Shown here piece after piece: positions 27,956 to 36,280 of a stretch of 64,000 nt of DNA. The translations under genes and the position numbers were made by a program. Below the pieces are notes generated by a model. It had not been told where the DNA came from. It worked only from the letters and a program-made list of their open reading frames with translations, and did no database searches. Source of the stretch: Bacteroidia bacterium (GTDB lineage: Bacteria > Bacteroidota > Bacteroidia > M30B66); assembly GCA_965279035.1 (NCBI GenBank), contig OZ257142.1:768001-832000 (forward strand). Direction: 5' to 3'. Every line of letters begins with the position of its first letter. Position 1 is the stretch's first letter.

Positions 27956-29502
27956 AGACTAATTGGAATATTGAAATAGCTTACTAATTCCAAGATTGTT
28001 TGTTGAATTACTTGTCTACTATTGTGCTGTCCAGCGCGTTGGTAGTTTTCTTGAATCTTTTTGAGGTATTGTTTTCGTTGACTACTCAACCACTGCGAAA
28101 CATAATAATAGGTGTGAATTTCGAGGTCGTTTTCGGAATTCACCACTCGACCTTTTGATAATTTTATGTAGCGTTTATAGGTTTCAACACACATTTTAAA
28201 ATCATCCAAAGCAAAATATCCTAACATTAAGCAAATGAAAATACTATCCATCGATTCCGAAAAGGTAATCTGCTGATAGGTTGTCATTAATTTCTCCAAA
28301 TTATCAACGCCACGTTCAATATCTGAATGATCTCCGAGTAGCAATAATGCTGACCAAGTAAGTCTGAAATGTATGAGGTCATTTACGTGATCAGGTTCCC
28401 AAATATCTTTTCGGATAAGTTCTTCGCATCGCATCGCTAAGCGTGTAATGTCTTGCCGATCATCAACTGGAATAACATTTCTAAAATCAACGCGGTGATT
28501 AATACTATGATATCGTGATAAATAATAGGTCGATTTAATAGTAATAGCGTAGAGTTCTGGGATGTTCACATAGTTTTCCCAGAATTTAAGGAAACGATTA
28601 TGTAGCAACATTTTTTGATATTCTGCTTTCCCTTCTTTACTACTTAAATCGGTTGTACTTAAGTTGAGTTTATAAAATAGGAATTTGCTGTAAATGTCTT
28701 CCATGAAAGGCATTACAATCGTTTGATTCTTATTTAATTCCTCATCAAAATCGGCAATCTCTCGTTGAGTTCTTTCGGTTAAATATTCTGTTGGGCGGTA
28801 GTAATAAAGAAGAAAGAAGCGTGAGTATTTACTTAATATTCGAATGGATGGTTCAGAATGCTCATGAAACTTTCTCAAATAATCAAAATGCTTATCGATA
28901 GATTGTAAAACAGAATCATCTTTTACACTGATATTGAAGTTTTTTCGGATATATAAGTAAAGATCGTTGATCGTACTTTCGTATTGAAGGATTTCTTGGA
29001 TTCGAGTATAAATTCGCACTGTTTCGGAATGCGACTTATACATTTGACTTTGTTGAGCAAGAAATTTTAGTGTTTGTATTTGAGTTGAATAGTCATAAAT
29101 CCGTTCGGCTACATCCAATAAAATATCAGCTAGAATATTGGCTTCGTGTAGATTACCTTCATTAATAAGGCGTTCAATTCTGCTAATATTGTGAACCAAA
29201 TAATTCGGATAATTTCTGCTTAAATAGGCCGATAATCTAAACGTATGAGATGCAAGTTGATTGAAACTTTTACGTGTTTGAACATCATGACTGCCGTATA
29301 CTTTGGAGCAAAGTTCATCGGATGTCAAAGACTCAACCAATGAATCATCAATTGATTCAACCAAACGCAAAGGAATATTTGCTTTTATTTCGGTTAAGTA
29401 GTTTGCAAATTCACTTCTATGAAATGGATCAAGAAGTTTTATCAATTTCTGAATGGTTAGAAATTGAGGCCGATTGGGTTTTAATTCTTCAACAGAAGTC
29501 AT
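27952..29502 (-). CDS. hypothetical all-helical protein, 516 aa
   Basis: Long ORF 42 nt behind dnaG on the same strand; no signal peptide and no motif I recognise. Confidence 0.8.
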   Translation of the reverse strand: MTSVEELKPNRPQFLTIQKLIKLLDPFHRSEFANYLTEIKANIPLRLVESIDDSLVESLTSDELCSKVYGSHDVQTRKSFNQLASHTFRLSAYLSRNYPNYLVHNISRIERLINEGNLHEANILADILLDVAERIYDYSTQIQTLKFLAQQSQMYKSHSETVRIYTRIQEILQYESTINDLYLYIRKNFNISVKDDSVLQSIDKHFDYLRKFHEHSEPSIRILSKYSRFFLLYYYRPTEYLTERTQREIADFDEELNKNQTIVMPFMEDIYSKFLFYKLNLSTTDLSSKEGKAEYQKMLLHNRFLKFWENYVNIPELYAITIKSTYYLSRYHSINHRVDFRNVIPVDDRQDITRLAMRCEELIRKDIWEPDHVNDLIHFRLTWSALLLLGDHSDIERGVDNLEKLMTTYQQITFSESMDSIFICLMLGYFALDDFKMCVETYKRYIKLSKGRVVNSENDLEIHTYYYVSQWLSSQRKQYLKKIQENYQRAGQHNSRQVIQQTILELVSYFNIPISL

Positions 29503-29544
29503 TGGGAAATATACTAAGAAGAAAATAATAGTTCAACAGAATAG

Positions 29545-31533
29545 CTAGAGAATAACATATGAAAGTTGGCTAGCGAGTTCCATTTTTGCTTTTTGAAGCG
29601 CCATATATTCCTGAAGAGCTTCAATCATTAAATCCTCATCGAGAGGTTCTTTCATGCGTTTATTAAGTTCGTTGAGCATTCCAATCACCCTTCTTAATTT
29701 ATAAGAGTAAACGGCACTTAATACCATTTTCCTCATCAATTGTTCTTCATCGGTAATGTAAATCTGATGTTTTTCTTTCCAATGTTCGCTCAATGTATGA
29801 GGATTACTAGTTAGATCAATTGCTTTAGAAGAAATTTCATGGTCTTGGTGATGAAGGAAAAAACTTTCTGAAGGATAATCGTTTTCTCCTAATTCTGTAA
29901 ATGAAAGGAAAATGCGATTCAACAAAGGATTCAATGGAGTTAATTCATCGTTCAATAATTCTTGAAGAATAAAATCACCCACTCGTAATTGAAAATCTTG
30001 TTTGTTGCCTTGTTCATCAGGTTGATGAAAAACGATTGTTTCATTGGCAAAACGAATCATGATTCTGATAATATCAGATTCCTGAGCCGAACCTGCTAAG
30101 GCAACAATTTCTTCTTGATCTGAATTTGCATCAGAAATGGATTCTGTTTCAGCCCAAAAATCATGTGGAGGTAAATCACTATTTTCTTGTGAAGTTGATT
30201 CTCGTTCTCTATCCCGTTCTATTTTTTTGCGGTTATTTTTAACCTGATTATTTAATTCCAGTATCAAGGTTTGTTCATCCATTTCGAGCTTTGCAGCACA
30301 TTTTCGAATGTATAATGAACGTAAAATTGGATCCGGAATTAAAGAAAGTGAATGAATAATTTCACGAATCATTTCGGCTGTTTTAATCGGATCACCTTTC
30401 GTGTCTTCTTGTAAAACAGAGGTTTTAAATTCAATAAAATCTTTCGATTCTTGACGAATATATTCTTTTACAAAAACAGGAGAATTGTTTCGTGCAAAGG
30501 AATCTGGATCTTCTCCTTCGGGAAACAAAACCACTTTCACATTCATTCCCTGTTCTAAAATCATGTCGAGTCCACGGAATGAAGCTTTTATTCCTGCTGG
30601 ATCTCCATCATATAAAATGGTGACGTTTTTTGTATAACGCTGAATGATTTTTACTTGATCGGCTGTAAGCGAAGTTCCGGATGATGAAACCACATTTTCG
30701 ATCCCTGCTTGATGCATCGAAATTACATCAGTATACCCTTCAACCAATAAAGCTTCATCCTGATTCATGATGGCTTTTCGGGCGTGAAAAATTCCATATA
30801 AAACGGAACTTTTGTGATACACATCCGACTCAGGTGAGTTGAGGTATTTTGCTTGCTTTTTATCGTTGATTAAAATTCGGCCACCAAATCCAATCACTTT
30901 TCCACTCAAATTCTGAATAGGGAAAATCACTCTGTTTTTAAAACGATCGAATTGCTTTCCTTCTTTATCGATTGTTAATCCAACACGAACTAAAAAGTCC
31001 ATATTGTAACCAGCTTCACGGGCGGCATCGCTTAATGTTGACCAGCCTTCTGGATGAAATCCGAGTTCAAATTTGCGAATGGTTTCATCGGTAAAGCCCC
31101 GCTCACGGAAATACGAGAGTGCAATGGTTCTTCCTGCTTCCGTTTCCCATAATTGATCTTTATAAAATTGTGTAGCCCATTGATTGACGAGCAACAGCGA
31201 TTCTCGTTCTTGAATTTCCTGTTTTACTTCATCTGTTTGAGCTTCTTCCTCAACATCAATCTGATATTTTTTGGCCAAGTATCGTATTGCCTCAGGATAA
31301 CTTAATTTCTCAAGTTCCATAACAAATCGAACCGAATTGCCAGCTTGCCCACAACCGAAACACTTGTAAATACCACGTGTTGGAGAAACATTGAATGAAG
31401 GTGATTTCTCATTGTGAAAAGGACATAGCCCAATCATACTCGAGCCACGTCGTTTTAGTGAGACAAAATCGCCAACCACTTCTTCGATACGTGCCGAGTC
31501 CATGACTTTATCAATGGTACGACGTGAAATCAT
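29545..31533 (-). CDS. dnaG: DNA primase
   Basis: CPFHNEKSPSF..CFGC zinc finger, KYLNSPE, TOPRIM VEGYTDV and YDGD.AG. Confidence 0.97.
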   Translation of the reverse strand: MISRRTIDKVMDSARIEEVVGDFVSLKRRGSSMIGLCPFHNEKSPSFNVSPTRGIYKCFGCGQAGNSVRFVMELEKLSYPEAIRYLAKKYQIDVEEEAQTDEVKQEIQERESLLLVNQWATQFYKDQLWETEAGRTIALSYFRERGFTDETIRKFELGFHPEGWSTLSDAAREAGYNMDFLVRVGLTIDKEGKQFDRFKNRVIFPIQNLSGKVIGFGGRILINDKKQAKYLNSPESDVYHKSSVLYGIFHARKAIMNQDEALLVEGYTDVISMHQAGIENVVSSSGTSLTADQVKIIQRYTKNVTILYDGDPAGIKASFRGLDMILEQGMNVKVVLFPEGEDPDSFARNNSPVFVKEYIRQESKDFIEFKTSVLQEDTKGDPIKTAEMIREIIHSLSLIPDPILRSLYIRKCAAKLEMDEQTLILELNNQVKNNRKKIERDRERESTSQENSDLPPHDFWAETESISDANSDQEEIVALAGSAQESDIIRIMIRFANETIVFHQPDEQGNKQDFQLRVGDFILQELLNDELTPLNPLLNRIFLSFTELGENDYPSESFFLHHQDHEISSKAIDLTSNPHTLSEHWKEKHQIYITDEEQLMRKMVLSAVYSYKLRRVIGMLNELNKRMKEPLDEDLMIEALQEYMALQKAKMELASQLSYVIL

Positions 31534-31659
31534 TTGCTGCGAATATACATTGCAAGCACCGTGTTTTCATACAGCATTTGTTAGTATAAATCAGACAGAT
31601 TTAAAACTATTTACAATCAAGCACGAAAGGTAAGATACAAGTTTTACTTTTGCCCCTCA

Positions 31660-32634
31660 ATGCTTAACCTCGAACAGATAAAAGCTCCTATTTCGGAGGA
31701 AATGGAAGTCTTCGAACGCAAATTTCGCGATTCGATGAAAAGCTCTGTCCCTTTGCTCGAGAAAATCACCTATTACATCGTTAAACGAAAAGGGAAACAA
31801 ATTCGTCCCATGTTTGTGTTTTTGTCGGCAGGAATTTGTGGAGGAATTAAGGAAAGTACCTATCGAGCAGCATCCATGATTGAATTGTTGCATACAGCAA
31901 CCTTGGTGCATGATGATGTGGTAGATGATTCGAATGAACGTCGTGGATTTTTCTCCGTGAATGCTTTATGGAAGAATAAAATTGCAGTATTAGTTGGTGA
32001 TTATTTATTGTCAAAAGGCTTACTTCTTTCGGTGGATAATTCAGAATTTCAATTATTGAAAATCGTGAGTGATTCGGTGAGAGAAATGAGTGAAGGAGAA
32101 TTATTGCAAATTGAAAAAGCGCGTCGATTGGATATTCAAGAGTCGATCTACTTTGATATTATTCGTCAAAAAACAGCTACACTGATCGCATCTTGTTGTG
32201 CAAGTGGGGCGGCATCTGCAGGAGCAAATGAAGAGCAAGTGAAATTGATGAAGCAAATAGGTGAAGATGTTGGAATTGCCTTTCAGATAAAAGATGATTT
32301 ATTTGATTATGAAAGTAGCAGTGCTATCGGGAAACCTACAGGTATTGACATTAAAGAGCGAAAGATGACGCTTCCCTTAATCTATACCTTGGCAAATTCA
32401 ACGAAGGATCAGAAGCGTAAAATCATCAATATCATTAAAAATCACAACACCGATCCAAAGCGAGTTGAAGAAGTCATAGCTTGGGTTCGTGCAGGAGATG
32501 GAATTCGGTATGCAGAACAAAAGATGGCTGAGTATAGAGACAAAGCACTTTCTGCATTAGGAGCATTTCCCGAAAGTACTTATCGAACTTCCTTTTCCGA
32601 ATTGGTTCGATTTACTACCGATCGGAAGAAGTGA
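31660..32634 (+). CDS. trans-polyprenyl diphosphate synthase (IspB/HepT-like)
   Basis: GKQIRP, HDDVVD..RRG, FQIKDDLFD, GKP.G.D..E.K.TLP. Confidence 0.93.
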   Translation: MLNLEQIKAPISEEMEVFERKFRDSMKSSVPLLEKITYYIVKRKGKQIRPMFVFLSAGICGGIKESTYRAASMIELLHTATLVHDDVVDDSNERRGFFSVNALWKNKIAVLVGDYLLSKGLLLSVDNSEFQLLKIVSDSVREMSEGELLQIEKARRLDIQESIYFDIIRQKTATLIASCCASGAASAGANEEQVKLMKQIGEDVGIAFQIKDDLFDYESSSAIGKPTGIDIKERKMTLPLIYTLANSTKDQKRKIINIIKNHNTDPKRVEEVIAWVRAGDGIRYAEQKMAEYRDKALSALGAFPESTYRTSFSELVRFTTDRKK

Positions 32635-32709
32635 CAGTTCAATCGGACGAAGCTGCCGGAAACTGGATTTTGCATTACCTTTGTTTGCCCAATTTGAAAA
32701 ACCATACTG

Positions 32710-33126
32710 ATGTATCCCGAACAAATAGTTACCCCAATGCGTGAAGAGCTTGTATCTGCAGGCTTTCAAGAACTCCGCAATGCTAGTGATGTTGATAATG
32801 CTTTGAATTCAAGTGCAGGAACAACATTGGTTGTAGTTAATTCTGTGTGTGGATGTGCTGCTGGATCGGCTCGTCCAGGTGTGAAAATGGCCATTGAAAA
32901 AGCAAGTCGCAAACCAGAACATTTAACTACTGTATTTGCTGGAAATGATGCTGAAGCTACGGCACAAGCACGTAAATATTTTGCACCTTATCCACCATCA
33001 TCGCCTGCAATGGCTTTATTTAAAGATGGGAAATTGGTTCACTTTATAGAACGTCATCACATCGAAGGAAGAACTCCTCAAATGATTGCAGAAAACCTGC
33101 TCATGGCTTTTGAGCAATACTGCTAA
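32710..33126 (+). CDS. BrxA/BrxB family bacilliredoxin
   Basis: VNSVCGCAAG.ARP (CGC motif), TVFAG.D.EAT, PPSSP, RH.IEGR. Confidence 0.92.
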   Translation: MYPEQIVTPMREELVSAGFQELRNASDVDNALNSSAGTTLVVVNSVCGCAAGSARPGVKMAIEKASRKPEHLTTVFAGNDAEATAQARKYFAPYPPSSPAMALFKDGKLVHFIERHHIEGRTPQMIAENLLMAFEQYC

Positions 33127-33131
33127 GAATT

Positions 33132-33161
33132 AAAAAAGGCGACCTATTGGTCGCCTTTTTT
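33132..33161. terminator. bidirectional intrinsic terminator
   Basis: AAAAAAGGCGACC-tatt-GGTCGCCTTTTTT. Confidence 0.9.
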
Positions 33162-33166
33162 GTGAT

Positions 33167-33457
33167 TTATTGTTCAATGACTTTCGGAACTCGAAAGAAA
33201 TCGGAATCTTTCTTCGGCGCATTTTTCAATCCATCGTCTTGAGTAATATCCAAGCGCGCAATATCCTTTCTTAAAACATTCGTTTCGTCTACCATGTAAA
33301 TGAGCGGCTCAACACCATCTGTATTGATCTCATTCAATTTTTCTACAAAGGCAAGAATCTTATTGAGGTCGGAAACGATTTCTTCCTTCGCTTCATTTTC
33401 ATAGGAAAGACGCGAAAGATGAGCAAGTTCATCTACTAGTTTAGTATCTACTTTCAT
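33167..33457 (-). CDS. gatC: Asp/Glu-tRNA amidotransferase subunit C
   Basis: LAHLSRL, IL.FVEKL.EI.T.GVEP, R.D, NAP....FFRVPKV. Confidence 0.93.
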   Translation of the reverse strand: MKVDTKLVDELAHLSRLSYENEAKEEIVSDLNKILAFVEKLNEINTDGVEPLIYMVDETNVLRKDIARLDITQDDGLKNAPKKDSDFFRVPKVIEQ

Positions 33458-34224
33458 TCTTTATTAGCAAATAAACGATGAAGCCAAGGCTCCAAAATTT
33501 GAATGAATTCTGTTGGTTTTTCCATCATTGGAGCGTGTCCGCAGTGATCAATCCAAAATAAATCTGATTGTGGTAATAAGCGATGAAATTCATCAGCTAC
33601 TTCGGGTGGTGTAATTTGATCATTCTTTCCCCAGATAAGACAAACAGGCAAATCCATAGAGTGTAAATCATCACCCATATTATGTCGAATTGCCGATTTT
33701 GCAAGGGCAAGAATTCGAATGAGTTTTTCCTTGTTGTTTACAATTTCAAAAACTTCATCTACCAATTCTTTTGTAGCAGTTTCGGGAGAATAGAAAGTAA
33801 ACTCAACTTTTTTACGAATAAATTCATAATCCTCACGACGAGGAAATGAACCACCCATGGCATTTTCATAAAGCCCTGAGCTACCAGTAAGAATCATTGA
33901 ATGTACCAGTTCTGGATGTGTTAGCACATAGACTAAAGCCACATGTCCACCTAGAGAATTGCCAAGGAGATTAATGTCCTTAAAGCCCTTGTATTCAACA
34001 AAACGGTGAATAAAGGCAGCTAAACTTCGGACATGTGTTTCTTGAACAGGCAACTCATAAATCGGCATCATCGGAATAACAACTGTAAAGTCATCCTTAA
34101 ATCGATCGAGTACTTCTCTAAAATTACTGAGAGCTCCGAAAAGACCGTGCAGAATAAGCAACACAGGACCTTTTCCTTGTTCTATATACTTGAATTCACC
34201 TTCGTTTATCAGTTCCTCCTGCAT
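33454..34224 (-). CDS. alpha/beta-fold hydrolase
   Basis: LHGLFG, GNSLGG, IWG.ND.ITP, CGHAPM.E; start set at 34224 by a TACTTTTG promoter at 34247-34254 (minus strand). Confidence 0.9.
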   Translation of the reverse strand: MQEELINEGEFKYIEQGKGPVLLILHGLFGALSNFREVLDRFKDDFTVVIPMMPIYELPVQETHVRSLAAFIHRFVEYKGFKDINLLGNSLGGHVALVYVLTHPELVHSMILTGSSGLYENAMGGSFPRREDYEFIRKKVEFTFYSPETATKELVDEVFEIVNNKEKLIRILALAKSAIRHNMGDDLHSMDLPVCLIWGKNDQITPPEVADEFHRLLPQSDLFWIDHCGHAPMMEKPTEFIQILEPWLHRLFANKE

Positions 34225-34355
34225 TCGTTTTTCTTTAGAAACCGACCAAAAGTAACCATTTTCCGGGAAGTATATCTTCTTGATACAAAATGGAGTGATT
34301 TCCATTCAGATTCGATTAAATGTCAGAGGATTCGAAATAAGTAATATTTTTACCT

Positions 34356-34462
34356 CCACAATTTACCACCTAGTTAAACCGTTTATTAATAAGGGTTTGA
34401 AAATTTGAAAAATTCAAAATGAAACAAGTTTTCAACAAAGTGGTAAGATGTGGTAACTATGG
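34356..34462. promoter_or_regulatory. MraZ-type GTGG direct repeats (two oppositely oriented sets) and a DnaA-box-like 9-mer
   Basis: GTGG at 34440 and 34450 (plus ATGG at 34459); CCAC at 34356 and 34366; TTTTCAACA at 34429-34437. Confidence 0.65.
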
Positions 34463-34504
34463 TTTTTTATTCTATACTTTTACCTCCCAAATCAACCCTG
34501 TGGT

Positions 34505-34978
34505 ATGACGAATTACATTGGGGAATATGCATGTAAAGTAGATTCAAAGGGGCGGGTTATGATGCCTGCCGGCCTGATGAAGCAGTTTCCAGCTGCTTTG
34601 AGGGAGCGCTTTGTAATCAACAGAAGTGTGTTTCGTCGATGTCTTGTTATTTACCCGATGGATCTTTGGGAGGAAACCATGTCTGACTTATCGAAGCTAA
34701 ATCGCTTTAATAAGGACAATGATGATTTCATCCGGCTGTTTACAAATGGAGCAGTGAGTGTGGAAGTGGATGCGACGAATCGTATTCTGGTTCCTAAACG
34801 ATTAGCAGAATTTGCTGGTATCGGCTCTGACTTGGTTTTTACAGCGAATCTGAACAAGATTGAGATTTGGTCGGCATCAGGGTACGATAACGTGATGGGT
34901 TCATATGACCCCGATAGTTTCGCACAGTTGGCCGAAAAAGTAATGGGCAAGCTAGGCGGTGATGCGGAGAAAGTATGA
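34505..34978 (+). CDS. mraZ: transcriptional regulator MraZ
   Basis: VDSKGRV..P and VD..NRILVP SpoVT/AbrB repeats, IEIWS. Confidence 0.95.
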   Translation: MTNYIGEYACKVDSKGRVMMPAGLMKQFPAALRERFVINRSVFRRCLVIYPMDLWEETMSDLSKLNRFNKDNDDFIRLFTNGAVSVEVDATNRILVPKRLAEFAGIGSDLVFTANLNKIEIWSASGYDNVMGSYDPDSFAQLAEKVMGKLGGDAEKV

Positions 34979-35889
34979 GTTATCACGACCCCGTTCTTTT
35001 ACACGCTTGTGTAGACGGTCTTCGGATTCAAGCTTCCGGTACTTATGTTGACGTAACTTTTGGTGGCGGAGGACATAGTCGGGAAATCCTGAAACACCTC
35101 GGACCTGAAGGAAGGCTTTTCGCTTTTGATCAAGACAATGATGCTTCAGCTAATGTGCCCGATGATGATCGGTTTACGCTGATACCACACAATTTCAAAT
35201 ACCTAAAAAACTATTTGAAGTTGTATAAGGCAATTCCCGTTGATGGCATTTTAGCCGATTTGGGAGTGTCTTCGCATCAGTTTGATGAAGCGGGTAGAGG
35301 CTTTTCCATCCGTTTCGATGCTCCATTGGATATGCGAATGAATTCTCTTCAAGGATTGAATGCCCAAAAGCTACTCGAGACCTATTCTGAAGAAGAACTC
35401 AGACGCATCTTTCGAGAATTCGGAGAGCTTTCAGAAGCAGGAAAACTTGCCCGACATCTCGTCAATGTTCGAAGCGACAGACCGATAAAGACTACACAAC
35501 AACTCATGGATCTGATTCGGCCTTTTATGCGCCGAGGTCAGGAGCATACGTTCGCAGCTCAAGTTTTTCAATCGATACGGATTGAAGTGAATGATGAGCT
35601 AGAAAGCTTACGCCACTTGTTAAAACAATCGGCCGAAGTGCTTAAGCCAGGAGCAAGGCTTGTCGTGATGAGTTATCATTCACTGGAAGATAGGCTAGTA
35701 AAGAATTTCATTCGGAGCGGGAAGTTTGAAGGTGAAGCAGACAAGGATCTTTTTGGACATACCAAAGTTCCATTCAATGCCATCACCCGAAAGCCAATTA
35801 GACCGGATGAGAAAGAATTAGAGAAAAATAACAGATCACGAAGTGCCATTTTACGCATAGCAGAAAGAAACGAGAATGAATCAATTTAG
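34975..35889 (+). CDS. rsmH: 16S rRNA m4C1402 methyltransferase
   Basis: H.PVLL, DVTFGGGGHS, DLGVSS.Q, PLDMRM, SYHSLEDR. Confidence 0.97.
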   Translation: MSYHDPVLLHACVDGLRIQASGTYVDVTFGGGGHSREILKHLGPEGRLFAFDQDNDASANVPDDDRFTLIPHNFKYLKNYLKLYKAIPVDGILADLGVSSHQFDEAGRGFSIRFDAPLDMRMNSLQGLNAQKLLETYSEEELRRIFREFGELSEAGKLARHLVNVRSDRPIKTTQQLMDLIRPFMRRGQEHTFAAQVFQSIRIEVNDELESLRHLLKQSAEVLKPGARLVVMSYHSLEDRLVKNFIRSGKFEGEADKDLFGHTKVPFNAITRKPIRPDEKELEKNNRSRSAILRIAERNENESI

Positions 35890-36280
35890 AAAACCAAGTG
35901 AAGAAAGTACGAAGGAAGCCAAAGCACCGCGAAAGCAGAGTGCCATTGCTTCAATGCTTTTTTCTGTTTTCGATGGAAGTTTTCTAAATGCTGCTGGGAA
36001 AAAAAGCAATCTCCCATTTGCTGTTTTTGTCACCCTTGTAGTTTGCTTTTATATCGCTAATACATACAATTCGCAGCGTACGATTCGTGAAACTGATAAA
36101 ATCAACAATCAACTCAAGGAATTCCGCGACGAATACATCAGCCTTAAATCGGAACTCATGTTTCGATCAAACCAAAGTCAAGTAGCTATTAAAGCTGCTC
36201 CACTTGGATTAAAAGAAGCAAACGAACCCCCTCATAAACTTTTTATCACCAACCCAGACTCTTCAAATACTAACGACTAA
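35876..36280 (+). CDS. ftsL: FtsL-like cell division protein
   Basis: Single TM helix followed by a coiled coil; lies between rsmH and ftsI. Confidence 0.8.
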   Translation: MNQFRKPSEESTKEAKAPRKQSAIASMLFSVFDGSFLNAAGKKSNLPFAVFVTLVVCFYIANTYNSQRTIRETDKINNQLKEFRDEYISLKSELMFRSNQSQVAIKAAPLGLKEANEPPHKLFITNPDSSNTND

